Source of the DNA: Caldisericia bacterium
Lineage (GTDB): Bacteria > Caldisericota > Caldisericia > UBA6126
Direction: 5' to 3'
Assembly (NCBI GenBank): GCA_028700655.1
Contig: JAQVSG010000004.1
Span: 1,570 to 65,569 of the forward strand
DNA length: 64,000 nucleotides
Shown: positions 36,974-47,157 of the stretch, piece by piece
Layout: the number at the start of each line of letters is the position of its first letter
How positions within the stretch are numbered: position 1 is the first letter of the stretch
Notes under the pieces: generated by a model
Databases searched by the model: none
Told to the model about the DNA's origin: nothing
The model's input: the letters and a program-made list of their open reading frames with translations, nothing else
Translations under genes and position numbers: made by a program

Positions 36974-37738
36974 TTATCCTCCAAGAAAAAGGGTGTAGTA
37001 ATTTTTCATCAATCTTTCACTTAATACTTCTAAAGAAATGTTTTTAAGTGTGGCAGCTTCTTTATAAACTTCTTTAACATAGACAGGCCTGTTAAGAGTT
37101 TTTCCCCGATAAGGCAGGGGGGTTAAATACGGACAGTCTGTTTCTAACAAAAGCCTATCGATCGGAACCATTTTCACTACTTCACGTAATTCACTACTTC
37201 TTTTATACGTAATATTGCCAGAAAATGAAAGAAATAATCCAATATTTAGATACTTTTCTGCCATTTTTCGATCGGATGAATAACAATGCATCACTCCCCG
37301 AATTCCTGGGAATTGCTTCAATACTTCATATACCTCTTCGTCTGCCTCTCGATTGTGGACAATAATGGGGTACTGATGTTTGATTGCAAAATCTACTTGT
37401 TGCGTAAAACACAATCTTTGCAAAGAGAGATCGGTTTGGCTTTTCACTGTATCCATACCAATCTCTCCAACGGCTCGGTACTCTTTATGTACCCTTTGTG
37501 TCTGTAAAAACGTGTCAATCTCTTTTTCGTACATATTCAAATAATGTGGATGAATACCAAAAGAAGCATCGATCCACTCAAAGGTTTTAGCCAAATGCAG
37601 AGAGGCTTCAGAAGAAGCAAGATCATAGCCAACGTTCATGATGCGATCAAAATGGTTCTCCACTGCTTCTTCAATAATGTCGCCCACCGATTCTTTGCAA
37701 ATAGGGATATGCGCATGGGAGTCAACATAATGTATCAC
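36974..37738 (-). CDS. tatD: TatD family metal-dependent DNase/hydrolase
   Basis: VDSHAH, GEIGMD, IVHNREA, GVMHCYS, and LLLETDCPYL. Confidence 0.9.
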   Translation of the reverse strand: MIHYVDSHAHIPICKESVGDIIEEAVENHFDRIMNVGYDLASSEASLHLAKTFEWIDASFGIHPHYLNMYEKEIDTFLQTQRVHKEYRAVGEIGMDTVKSQTDLSLQRLCFTQQVDFAIKHQYPIIVHNREADEEVYEVLKQFPGIRGVMHCYSSDRKMAEKYLNIGLFLSFSGNITYKRSSELREVVKMVPIDRLLLETDCPYLTPLPYRGKTLNRPVYVKEVYKEAATLKNISLEVLSERLMKNYYTLFLGG

Positions 37739-39636
37739 TTCACTCGAGCTCCTACATACATCGCACCATCTTCTGGAGTTACCACAGACAATTGATCTTT
37801 ATGAGAAGCACACAGAATCATTCCTTCAGATTTTTGTCCTCGCAACGTAACAGGTTGCAAATTGTTCACTACTACAACCTTTTTTCCCAGTAATTCAGTG
37901 GGTTCATAATATTTTGCGATGCCTGCTACAATCTGTTTCTGACAATCCCCAATTTGCACCTTCAAAATGAGCAATTTGTCTGCATCAGGGTGTTTCTCTG
38001 CTTGAATAATTTGGCCCACACGAAAGTCAAATTTGGAAAAATCATCTATTGAACAAAAAGATTCGTCTTTACTAGGAGGTTTGGATTCTTTCTTTTCGTC
38101 CACTTTTTTCTTTGGTACACGAGGAAACAAAACAGAAGGAAAGGCGACTGTTTGATGTGTTTGTAAAAAACCAACTCCCAAGCTGCAGTTTTTCTGATCC
38201 TTAAAACTATCTGCTATTTGTTTTGAAAAAACAGGCATGAAGGGCGAAAGCATAATCCCTGCACATCGAATTCCTTCTAACAAAGAATACAGTACTGATG
38301 ACAAAGAATGTGTGTCTTCTTTTTTAAACAGTTCCCACGGTTTGTACTCTTCAATCATTTTATTGCCTCTTCGCAAGAGATTCCACACCGATTCAATTGC
38401 ATCTTTAAAACGATTCTCGTCCATGAAACGCAAATAATGAAATATTTGATCGGTAAAAAATGCTTCTTCATCAGATATGATCTTAGCATCAGGAACATTG
38501 CCTTGAAAATATTGTGTAGTCATGGCAGAAACTCGGTGAATCAGATTTCCCAAGTCGTTTGCTAAATCATAGTTGTAACGGTCCAAAAGACGCTCCATGG
38601 AAAAAACAGAATCATCGCCAAACGAGGTTTCGCGAAACATAAACCATCGCAAAACATCGGCTGCCAAAGCTTTTGGAATTCCCGTCCGGGCAGACAAAGC
38701 ATCCAATACCATAGTGGGATCGACTATATTACCTTTGGATTTCGACATTTTCTCTCCATCGGTCAACCACCATCCGTGCACATATACTTTTTTTGCAGGA
38801 GATAAACCAAGAGCCATTAACATCGCTGGCCAAATAACACAATGAAAGCGGATAATATCTTTACTCATTAGATGACAATCTGCTGGCCACCAAGAAGAAA
38901 ACATTTCGGGATTTTCTTTATAACCACATACAGTAATGTAGTTCAACAGAGCATCAAACCAAACCCACAACACATGTTCTTTGTCAAATGGGAATCGAAT
39001 GCCCCATTCTTGGGAATGTCTGGAAATAGAGATATCTCTAAGACCCCCCTTAATCATGCTCACTACCTCATTGTAGCGAGAAACAGGTTCAATTGCTTTA
39101 GGATTGTCTCGGTAAAAATCTAGAAGCTGGTCTTGAAAAGAACTTAATTTGAAAAAATAATTTTCTTCGGCTACTTTGCCAATGGGACGATGGCAATCAG
39201 GACAGAGTCCGTCCTCCACCTCTTTGTCGGTCCAAAATGACTCACAGTCAACACAGTACCAACCTTCGTAGTGACCTTTATAGATACAGTCTTTATCTTT
39301 TAGCTGAAGAAGATATTGTTGTACTACATCCAGATGATCTTGATCGGTTGTACGGATAAAACGAGTATATTCAATATGAAACTGAGCAAAATACTGTTTC
39401 CATTTTTCCGCTTCTTTATCTACATATTCACCCACAGAAAGACCAGCTTTTTCAGCCGCCAGTACTACTTTTTGTGAATTTTCATCACTGCCTGTAGTAA
39501 ACAAAACTTCACACCCTCGTAACGTATGGTATCTTGCCATAATATCAGCCGCTGTAGTGGTATACAAATGACCTATATGAGGGTTGCCACTGATATAATA
39601 AATAGGGGTGGTTACGAAATACTTTTTTTGACTCAT
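37735..39636 (-). CDS. metG: Methionine--tRNA ligase with C-terminal tRNA-binding (EMAP/Trbp111-like) domain
   Basis: HIGH motif PHIGHLYT, zinc knuckle CVDCE..CPDCH, KMSKS motif KMSKSKGN, and C-terminal OB domain DFRVGQII.AEKHPDADKL. Confidence 0.95.
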   Translation of the reverse strand: MSQKKYFVTTPIYYISGNPHIGHLYTTTAADIMARYHTLRGCEVLFTTGSDENSQKVVLAAEKAGLSVGEYVDKEAEKWKQYFAQFHIEYTRFIRTTDQDHLDVVQQYLLQLKDKDCIYKGHYEGWYCVDCESFWTDKEVEDGLCPDCHRPIGKVAEENYFFKLSSFQDQLLDFYRDNPKAIEPVSRYNEVVSMIKGGLRDISISRHSQEWGIRFPFDKEHVLWVWFDALLNYITVCGYKENPEMFSSWWPADCHLMSKDIIRFHCVIWPAMLMALGLSPAKKVYVHGWWLTDGEKMSKSKGNIVDPTMVLDALSARTGIPKALAADVLRWFMFRETSFGDDSVFSMERLLDRYNYDLANDLGNLIHRVSAMTTQYFQGNVPDAKIISDEEAFFTDQIFHYLRFMDENRFKDAIESVWNLLRRGNKMIEEYKPWELFKKEDTHSLSSVLYSLLEGIRCAGIMLSPFMPVFSKQIADSFKDQKNCSLGVGFLQTHQTVAFPSVLFPRVPKKKVDEKKESKPPSKDESFCSIDDFSKFDFRVGQIIQAEKHPDADKLLILKVQIGDCQKQIVAGIAKYYEPTELLGKKVVVVNNLQPVTLRGQKSEGMILCASHKDQLSVVTPEDGAMYVGARVK

Positions 39637-39645
39637 GGTAAACTC

Positions 39646-40332
39646 CTATTGAAATCGAAATACGATGGAAACTTCTCCCAACACTTCTCGATCTTGCCAT
39701 AAACTCAAAAGATAAGAGGGAGATCCCATAACAATTTCTTCATTTTTTTTGGTCATTTCTCTACAAATGCAAACTTGCAAAGAGGGATCAAACTCGTGCA
39801 TCCAGGATAACGATTTTAACAATCTATGCGGAGATTCAAACGCGCATACAGTATAGCCAGTCTCTTTCAATTTTTCTAGCAATTGAAAAAAGTGGCTTTT
39901 TTTTCTGGGAAGAAAGTTAACATATTGAAAGTTTTGGATTAAAAATCCAGAATACACTAAGGCCGTAACTACTGCACTAGGTCCTGGAAGAACAACCACA
40001 GAAATGTGTTCTTCTCGACAATCTCTCATAAGTTCGTGCCCAGAATCAGCCACCAACGGCATTCCTGCGTCGGAAACCAAAGCCACTGAATCACCCTGGT
40101 GTAACTTTTCAATAATCTCTTTATTTTTATACAATGTATGCTCGTGATACGAAATAAAGTGACTTTTAATATGAAATGTATGCAATATCTTAATTGTTCT
40201 CCTTGTATCCTCACAAGCAATCCATTTAACAGATTGAAGCACTTCTAAGCTTCGCAATGTGATATCTTTTAGATTTCCAATCGGGGTGGGAACGATATAT
40301 AAAATCCCTTTTAGTGGAGGACTAGCCTTCAT
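39646..40332 (-). CDS. rsmI: 16S rRNA (cytidine1402-2'-O)-methyltransferase
   Basis: Tetrapyrrole-methylase fold: LYIVPTPIGNLKDITLR, ACEDTR, and SDAGMP. Confidence 0.85.
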   Translation of the reverse strand: MKASPPLKGILYIVPTPIGNLKDITLRSLEVLQSVKWIACEDTRRTIKILHTFHIKSHFISYHEHTLYKNKEIIEKLHQGDSVALVSDAGMPLVADSGHELMRDCREEHISVVVLPGPSAVVTALVYSGFLIQNFQYVNFLPRKKSHFFQLLEKLKETGYTVCAFESPHRLLKSLSWMHEFDPSLQVCICREMTKKNEEIVMGSPSYLLSLWQDREVLGEVSIVFRFQ

Positions 40333-41059
40333 TCATTGCATCTTCTGCTATATGTGTAATCGCAAGAAACTTCTTCGGATCCAAAGAAGCCCCTCCAATA
40401 AGAAAACCTTGTACTGTAGGGATGGAAATGATACTTTCTGCGTTTGACTCATTGACACTTCCTCCATACAAAACATGGCAAGAAGGAAATTTGGAAGAAA
40501 TATTGTGAGATACTACTTGAATCCAATCCAACGAAGGAATGACCCCTGTACCAATTGCCCAAACAGGTTCATAGGCGATGATAAAAGACTCTTGAGAAGA
40601 AAACAACGACAATTGGGCAATAATGAACGATAATCTCTCCTCATCCTTCATCGACATATCATTTTCGCCAATACAAACAATGGGAGTGATACTGTTTTGT
40701 TGCAACTGTACATACTTCTCATATACTTCTTTGGAAGATTCTTTCATGAATTGCCTTCGTTCCGAATGTCCGATGATACAGTATCTACACCCTACCTCCG
40801 AAAGCCATGCTGCACTAATTTCGCCCGTATAAGAACCATGTGAAAAAGACGAACAATTCTGAGCCGCTCTTTCAATATTCTGTGGCAATTCTCCCGTATA
40901 GGGTAGTGAAACAAAGGGGCTTGCAACAACACAGTGAACACGATCATGCAGTGGTTCTTTTTGGAGACTCTCTTTCATTTGATTGCAATACTCTATGGTT
41001 TCCCCTGGGCCAAGGTTCTGTTTCCAATTTCCAATACAATATCTACTCATTTCCCGCAT
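40322..41059 (-). CDS. tpiA: Triosephosphate isomerase
   Basis: GNWK, IIGHSERR, AYEPVWAIGTG, YGGSV, and GGASL. Confidence 0.9.
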   Translation of the reverse strand: MREMSRYCIGNWKQNLGPGETIEYCNQMKESLQKEPLHDRVHCVVASPFVSLPYTGELPQNIERAAQNCSSFSHGSYTGEISAAWLSEVGCRYCIIGHSERRQFMKESSKEVYEKYVQLQQNSITPIVCIGENDMSMKDEERLSFIIAQLSLFSSQESFIIAYEPVWAIGTGVIPSLDWIQVVSHNISSKFPSCHVLYGGSVNESNAESIISIPTVQGFLIGGASLDPKKFLAITHIAEDAMNEG

Positions 41060-42356
41060 CCTTTTCTAGTTTTGAAGACTTCACATCATCTTCTTCAGTT
41101 ATTTTAACACTTACTTTGATAATTCGTCGATCTTCCATTGCACGCACAACCAATTCTAAGTGGTCTTGCACTACCTTTTCACCAATGGAAGGGATGTGTC
41201 CTAATTTTGCAAGCATGAATCCAGAAATCGTATCAATGTCTTCTTCGTGGATACAGGTATGAAAATTGTCATTGAAATCGTCCATTGGATAATCTCCTAG
41301 AATCTCATAAGTACCATCTTTCAATTGTTTGCTTAGTTCTTCTTCCGAATCAAATTCATCTTGAATTTCTCCGACAATCTCTTCCAAAATATCTTCAAGT
41401 GTAGCCAATCCAGAAATTCCGCCGTACTCATCTACGACCATAACAATATGCGATTTTTTTGCCCTCATTTCGTTGAACAATTGATCAATCATTTTTGATT
41501 CAGGAACAAAGTCAACAGGGCGAAGATTGCTCTTAATATTCACGTCTTGCACAGTTTTATGGTTCGCAATCCAGCGTACTACGTCTTTGACGAACAGCAC
41601 ACCAATAATGTTATCTGGTTTTTCTTCATACACGGGTATTCGAGAAATCCCTGTTTCTTTTACCAGTCGTAAGAATTCCTCGATGCCGTCTTCCACATCA
41701 AGACAAACCATGTCCACTCTAGGGACCATAATTTCACTCACGTGTGTATCACTAAATTCAAAAACGCTTTTCAGCATTTCTTGTTCATTTTGGTGGATCA
41801 AACCTTCCTTTTTTGACAGATTAATGACTGTTTCTAGTTCTTTATGATTCATAGCCAACGAAACATTCTCAGAATTTCCTATGCGGAAGATTTTTAATAG
41901 CAATGTATTGGTTTTATCAAACAACCAAATCAAAGGGCGAAAAAGAAACAAAGAAACGAGAATAGGATAATACACAAGTATACTCACTTTTAAAGAGTTT
42001 GCGTTGCTAGCAGTTTTTGGGAACATTTCAGCGAATATTACTATGACAATAGTTAGGATGACCGTACTTACAACCACTGCCATATTATTGGGTAACAATT
42101 TTGTAGCATAGCTGGTTGCCAAAGATGTAGCTAAAATATTAACAATATTGTTCCCGACTAAGATACCTGTAATTAAACGATTGGGTTTTTCGACTAAGCG
42201 TAAGATATTTTTTGCCCTCTCGGAACCTTCTTCAATTAAATTGTTTAATTTGACTCTATTTACTGTTAACAGAGCGATTTCTGATCCTGAAAACAAGGCA
42301 GAAATTAACACCAGTACAATAATAGAGCCTATATAGGCAATGTCGCTAGATCCCAT
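41043..42356 (-). CDS. Hemolysin/CNNM family protein (DUF21-CBS pair-CorC_HlyC)
   Basis: Four N-terminal TM helices, a CBS pair (VSEIMVPR.., IPVYEE..DNIIGV), and C-terminal transporter-associated domain. Confidence 0.85.
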   Translation of the reverse strand: MGSSDIAYIGSIIVLVLISALFSGSEIALLTVNRVKLNNLIEEGSERAKNILRLVEKPNRLITGILVGNNIVNILATSLATSYATKLLPNNMAVVVSTVILTIVIVIFAEMFPKTASNANSLKVSILVYYPILVSLFLFRPLIWLFDKTNTLLLKIFRIGNSENVSLAMNHKELETVINLSKKEGLIHQNEQEMLKSVFEFSDTHVSEIMVPRVDMVCLDVEDGIEEFLRLVKETGISRIPVYEEKPDNIIGVLFVKDVVRWIANHKTVQDVNIKSNLRPVDFVPESKMIDQLFNEMRAKKSHIVMVVDEYGGISGLATLEDILEEIVGEIQDEFDSEEELSKQLKDGTYEILGDYPMDDFNDNFHTCIHEEDIDTISGFMLAKLGHIPSIGEKVVQDHLELVVRAMEDRRIIKVSVKITEEDDVKSSKLEKDAGNE

Positions 42357-42821
42357 CTAGTAATCTCCTCTCTCAATGTAATTCACATCAGCATATTTCA
42401 TTAATTCCAACTCCAATTTCCTCATATGCTGGAATTCTTCGTCTGTTTCATGATCGTATCCTAACAAATGCAAAAGTCCATGAGAAAATAGCCATACATA
42501 TTCTTGTTCTAAAGAAATGTGTTCTTCTTGAGCATCTCTCTTTGCTTGGTCCGTACATACAATTATTTCCCCAAGCAGGATACTGTTCTCAAGGAGTTCG
42601 TTGTATACGAAAGTAAGAATATCGGTGGATTGGTTTTTCCCTCTATAGGAATGGTTTAACTCTGTCATTGTAGAATCATGGACAAAAGCCACACTGATAA
42701 CAGACTCTTTTGGAAACTGGGAAAACATGGGATGCGATACTAAAACGTCTACTTTTGTAGCAATGTATTCTAGGGGCAAGTCCGGTACAGCATCGTCAAC
42801 ACTGTAGTCAATACTTGTCAT
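42357..42821 (-). CDS. ybeY: rRNA maturation endoribonuclease YbeY
   Basis: Zinc motif HGLLHLLGYDH. Confidence 0.9.
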   Translation of the reverse strand: MTSIDYSVDDAVPDLPLEYIATKVDVLVSHPMFSQFPKESVISVAFVHDSTMTELNHSYRGKNQSTDILTFVYNELLENSILLGEIIVCTDQAKRDAQEEHISLEQEYVWLFSHGLLHLLGYDHETDEEFQHMRKLELELMKYADVNYIERGDY

Positions 42822-44950
42822 ATAGAACCTCTCTTGTGGTAGGGATTTTTTCTAAAAATTTTCTTGTCCTCAATTTTAGAAATGGGATAGGAAATCCGAG
42901 AATGATATAAAGAATCCAATGTAAATATAAAGGATTCTTGTATATCTTGAAGGTCTGCGAATGTTAACTGGGATTGATCCAGTTGACCATCTTGAATTTT
43001 CAAATTCAGGATATCCTCCACCACTTTTCGTATCGTCCCCGTATCTTTATCGGGTAAAGATCGAACAGCGGCTTCAACGGAATCAGCAAACATCAAGATA
43101 GTTTCTTCTTTTGAAACGGGTTTTGGCCCGGGATAGCGAAATTCTTTATCATCGGTTAATGTAGGATCTAAGGCTTGTGCTGCTTGGAATAAAAAACTGA
43201 TCCGTGTGGTACCGTGATGGGTAAGGATAAACCTTTGTATTCCAGAGGGAACTCGGTTTTTTTCTGCCAATTGCTTGCCGTTCAAAATATGATCTTTGAT
43301 GATCTCCACAGATTTATGTGGATCCAGATCGTCCAATATATTCTTACCGCTACTATTTTCAGTGAAATAAAAAGGGAAAACTGTCTTTCCGATATCATGA
43401 TAATAGGCCCCAACGCGAACAAGCATATCATCGGCCCCAATTTTTTCAGCTGCATGGGAAGCAATATTTGCTACCATAATAGAGTGTTGGTAACTGCCAG
43501 GAGCAACTTCGAACAAATATCGTAAAAGGGGAGAATTGGAGTCTCCTAATTCAATGAGTCTCAATGGAGTAATAAAGGAGAACATTCGTTCCAAAAAGAG
43601 AATAACCCCCAGTGTAAGAAGGCCTGAAACAAATCCATTGATAAACACAAGAAACGTTGTATCTAGAAGGTTCTTTTCCAAGGAATACCCAGGAAAAACC
43701 GAGAGAATAACAAACCCAACGATAGCAAACAAAAACCCAGCAAGAAAACATTTCAATACATAATCGGCATAGGTTCTGAAGACAGAAAACAGCTGAATTG
43801 TAAACAGAGCCGACAAAAGATACGCTGAAGTATACACAATGTCCATTCCAAAAAAAGGAAAAAACAATACCACAAGCACTGTTGTGATAAAATATCCAAA
43901 GGGTTTGTTAAAAAATACAGTCATGATGACAGAAAACATGAACAAGGGTACAAGGCTGATGTTGAGGGGAATAAAAAATCGAGATACAACAATCACAAAA
44001 AGAAGGGATGCAAATAGAAGATTAAACTTCTTCAATTGTAGGATCCACTCGTGTTTATTGGATAGAAATAGATACAAAAATAAGAAAAAGAACAACATAA
44101 AGGGGTATAGAAGAGAGTGAACCCAGATCATCCAGTGCATGTCGGTATCGAAATAACCCGCTGCCTGTAAACGTTCGATATCTTCCTGATTGAGTATTTC
44201 ACCTTTTTCAACCAACAACTCATTGATCCGTATGTTTTCTTGCACCGGAGAAATGCGTGCTTTTGCCTTCTCTCTCTCTAGGTTTGTTGCCTGTTCATCA
44301 ACCGATAAATTGGGCCGTAGCTCCTTTTGTGCAATGTAGGTGATGGCTTGAATGGTTTCTTCTCTACCGTCTTTGTTATAAGACAATGCAATCAGTTCAA
44401 TAGTTTCATATTTCTTTGCAATGTTTTCTTTTCTTACGCCTGCTTCAAGAAGCTCTAGATCAATTTCTGAAGCAGCATCAAATATGTATTTCAGAGTATC
44501 GTTTTCGGTTGTTAGAAGATACACTGCAATCGACTTATCCTCTTGGGAAAACCCTAGTAAAGAAGAAATCTCTTCTATTTTTTCTGTATCTTTTTTTAAT
44601 CGGTTGTTCCGCTCGTCAAGAATTTGACGATAAATATAATAAATCTGATCTTTGGTTTCTTCTGCAATTGTATGATTCTGCGTGAGCCGTATTTCGACAT
44701 CCGCCGCAGCTTCATTGCGTAATTGTTCTGTTTTGACCTTATTGTAGTAGGGCATAACAGACCGTTTAGCATATAAATTTTTAGGAGCTACATCGCCCAT
44801 AGAAAAGGTGGATCGATTCTGGTAATCAAAAGAAAAAATGAGGGCAGCAATACACAGAAAGGATAAAAGAGCAACACCAATCCTAAAAATATCAAATCGT
44901 TTGAGAAAATTGGGAAGGGCTCTGTCTCCAGAGCCCAATATACTGTTCAC
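42818..44950 (-). CDS. 7TM-HD membrane phosphohydrolase (PgpH/YqfF-like, HDIG domain)
   Basis: Extracellular N-terminal domain, seven TM helices, and a cytoplasmic HD domain with HS..VA and YYHDIGK. Positioned between rpsU and ybeY, as in Bacillota. Confidence 0.8.
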   Translation of the reverse strand: MNSILGSGDRALPNFLKRFDIFRIGVALLSFLCIAALIFSFDYQNRSTFSMGDVAPKNLYAKRSVMPYYNKVKTEQLRNEAAADVEIRLTQNHTIAEETKDQIYYIYRQILDERNNRLKKDTEKIEEISSLLGFSQEDKSIAVYLLTTENDTLKYIFDAASEIDLELLEAGVRKENIAKKYETIELIALSYNKDGREETIQAITYIAQKELRPNLSVDEQATNLEREKAKARISPVQENIRINELLVEKGEILNQEDIERLQAAGYFDTDMHWMIWVHSLLYPFMLFFFLFLYLFLSNKHEWILQLKKFNLLFASLLFVIVVSRFFIPLNISLVPLFMFSVIMTVFFNKPFGYFITTVLVVLFFPFFGMDIVYTSAYLLSALFTIQLFSVFRTYADYVLKCFLAGFLFAIVGFVILSVFPGYSLEKNLLDTTFLVFINGFVSGLLTLGVILFLERMFSFITPLRLIELGDSNSPLLRYLFEVAPGSYQHSIMVANIASHAAEKIGADDMLVRVGAYYHDIGKTVFPFYFTENSSGKNILDDLDPHKSVEIIKDHILNGKQLAEKNRVPSGIQRFILTHHGTTRISFLFQAAQALDPTLTDDKEFRYPGPKPVSKEETILMFADSVEAAVRSLPDKDTGTIRKVVEDILNLKIQDGQLDQSQLTFADLQDIQESFIFTLDSLYHSRISYPISKIEDKKIFRKNPYHKRGSI

Positions 44951-44961
44951 GGCTTAAATAA

Positions 44962-45144
44962 TTACTTTACCTTACGACGGCGTTTATTGGCAGTAGCAAT
45001 TTGTTTCCGACGCATGACACTGGGGGGATAGAAATACTGATGTTTTTTAATATCAGAAATAATCCCTTGTCTTGCACAATCTTGCTTAAAACGGTTCAGT
45101 AAAGAATCGAAGCTTTCATTGTCTCTTCTTTGTGCTTGAGCCAT
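44962..45144 (-). CDS. rpsU: 30S ribosomal protein S21
   Basis: 60 aa, basic, with ESFDSLLNRFK..C...GI and a C-terminal RRRK tail. Confidence 0.9.
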   Translation of the reverse strand: MAQAQRRDNESFDSLLNRFKQDCARQGIISDIKKHQYFYPPSVMRRKQIATANKRRRKVK

Positions 45145-45155
45145 CTATTAAATCA

Positions 45156-46409
45156 TCACCCTTTCAACTTTGCATATAAAAAGTTTACATCGGCCTTGGT
45201 ACCATTTACATCGTACAAATGCCCTACTCTAGCAGCACAATCGAGGTCCTGCAATCGAACTCGAATGTAATTGCGTGTAAGCCCTGTGTTATTACCTTCT
45301 AAAAGAATTTTGACAGAGGCTCCAATACAATTTTCGTGAATATTATACCGGATCGTATTTTCAATTGCAAGTAAACGGTCTCTTCTCTCCTTCTTTAGTG
45401 CAAAAGGAATATGATGAGGAAGCTTTTCAGCCGAAGTACCAGACCGTGCTGAGTAAGGAAATATGTGAATCTTAGAAAATTGAATTCTTCGTATCCAGGA
45501 AAGTGTATCTTCAAATTCTTCTTCTGTTTCTCCTGGAAATCCCACAATAACATCTGTCGATACTTGGAAATCAGAAAGTTGACTTCGAAGCATGGTAACA
45601 ACCTGGTAATACTCTTCTATCGTATAGTGTCGGTTCATTCGCTGTAATACAGAATTGCTTCCAGATTGTAAAGAAATATGCAAATGATTACACAAGATAG
45701 GATATCTCTCTATCAAGTCACAGAATGTCTGTGTAACAAAACGCATCCCAATGGACGAAATACGCAGTCTATACAGATCGTCTGAAAACGTTTGGCAAAT
45801 GTCTTCGAGCAATTCGTAAAATTGATAGCTAGAGCATGTGGGATCTTGATACAGACCAACCTGTGTTCCCGTTAAAACCAGTTCTTTGTAACCAGCCCCA
45901 AGAAGAGACTGGATTTCTAGAAAAATGTCTTGTTTTGTTCTTGAAACCACCGGCCCTCTTACATAGGGAACAATACAGTAAGAACAGAATTGGTTGCAAC
46001 CAGACTGAATTTTGATAAACGCTCGAGTTCGATCTCCAAAGTGATGCAATTGTTGAATAGGTCTTCTTTTTGGTATTTCAATGAAACGGGATTCGTTTTG
46101 TAGAAGGGTAATTATTTCTTCCAATGTCCCCCGTGGAATCTGGTTTTTTACTGCATATTCTTGGATGGAAGGACCAAGACATCCTGTGATAAAAAGTTTT
46201 GTGTGTGGGTTTTTGTGTACTTTTCGTAAATAGGAGATACATTCCCTTTCCGCTTTTTCTGTAACAACACAAGCATTTATTACAACAATATCCGCAGTTT
46301 CTACTACAGAAACCACGTCATACAAATGATGCAGAGATTGTAGAATGACTTGAGTGTTATACTGATTTACCTTACAACCATATGTTTTTACAAATAATTT
46401 TTTTATCAT
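45156..46409 (-). CDS. mtaB: tRNA methylthiotransferase, MtaB-like (radical SAM, MiaB family)
   Basis: UPF0004 domain FVKTYGCKVNQYN, radical-SAM CNQFCSYC, and a TRAM-like C-terminus. Start set at ATG 46409 (ATGA overlap with the rsmE stop). The longer in-frame N-terminal extension overlaps rsmE. Confidence 0.85.
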   Translation of the reverse strand: MIKKLFVKTYGCKVNQYNTQVILQSLHHLYDVVSVVETADIVVINACVVTEKAERECISYLRKVHKNPHTKLFITGCLGPSIQEYAVKNQIPRGTLEEIITLLQNESRFIEIPKRRPIQQLHHFGDRTRAFIKIQSGCNQFCSYCIVPYVRGPVVSRTKQDIFLEIQSLLGAGYKELVLTGTQVGLYQDPTCSSYQFYELLEDICQTFSDDLYRLRISSIGMRFVTQTFCDLIERYPILCNHLHISLQSGSNSVLQRMNRHYTIEEYYQVVTMLRSQLSDFQVSTDVIVGFPGETEEEFEDTLSWIRRIQFSKIHIFPYSARSGTSAEKLPHHIPFALKKERRDRLLAIENTIRYNIHENCIGASVKILLEGNNTGLTRNYIRVRLQDLDCAARVGHLYDVNGTKADVNFLYAKLKG

Positions 46410-47155
46410 AGAAACTCCATAATATATTGCACCAATCCCGCCATAAAATACCCTGCCGTTTCTGTTCGTAAAATTGTACGCCCAAGCGTAACTGGTTGAA
46501 ACCCCTTGGTACCTAAAAAACCCATTTCCTCTTCCGTAATACCTCCCTCGGGGCCTATGCAAATCCAAATGTTGTTGGGAACTTTTTTTGGTATCGTAGT
46601 AGGGAGTACTTGAAACAAATTGCGTTCTTTTTCTGCTTCATCGGCCACGAGCAAGATATCGTGTGGTCCCACGTCCATGGATTGAATGCGTGAACGCAAG
46701 GCATGTACATCGTGTACATAAGGAATCGTAGAAGCACCGGATTGTTTGGTTGCTGCACAAGCAATTCGATTCCACCGGTTGGTTTTTTCTTTCAATTGTT
46801 CCGCCGACAACGAGGAGTACGATCGTTTCATAATGACAGGATGGAAAGAACGAATACCCACCTCGGTCCCTTTTTCTATAATATCATCCATTTTTTTGAT
46901 CTTTGGTAAACCTTGCAAAAGATGTATGACGTACGAAGTTTCTACGCTAGGCAAATAGCTTTTAATGACAACAATTGCCGCATCATGAAGGATATCTTGA
47001 ATAACTCCTTCGGCTACCCCATTGGATGAAATAAGCTGTATGGTGTCTCCTATAGAAAAACGTACCACATGAACCAAATGATGAAATTCGTCTCCCGTAA
47101 TTCGAATAGAAGAAGAATGAGGGGATATTTCTCGAACAAAGAAACGTCTACTCAT
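46406..47155 (-). CDS. rsmE: 16S rRNA (uracil1498-N3)-methyltransferase
   Basis: MSRRFFV start, a PUA-like N-terminal domain, and a SPOUT C-terminus IGPEGG.TEEE...LG.TILRTETA. Confidence 0.85.
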   Translation of the reverse strand: MSRRFFVREISPHSSSIRITGDEFHHLVHVVRFSIGDTIQLISSNGVAEGVIQDILHDAAIVVIKSYLPSVETSYVIHLLQGLPKIKKMDDIIEKGTEVGIRSFHPVIMKRSYSSLSAEQLKEKTNRWNRIACAATKQSGASTIPYVHDVHALRSRIQSMDVGPHDILLVADEAEKERNLFQVLPTTIPKKVPNNIWICIGPEGGITEEEMGFLGTKGFQPVTLGRTILRTETAGYFMAGLVQYIMEFL

Positions 47156-47157
47156 AG

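Noticed and set aside
40322-41059. tpiA sitting between rsmI and a CorC-like gene instead of in a gap-pgk-tpi-eno operon
   Set aside because: The protein has all TIM motifs and looks functional. The displaced location is a synteny curiosity, not evidence of novelty.
46410-46568. Gly/Tyr/Arg-rich 53-aa N-terminal extension of the mtaB ORF
   Set aside because: It lies entirely within the rsmE coding region. The canonical MtaB N-terminus (MIKKLFVKTYGCKVN) starts at ATG 46409, with an ATGA overlap to the rsmE stop.
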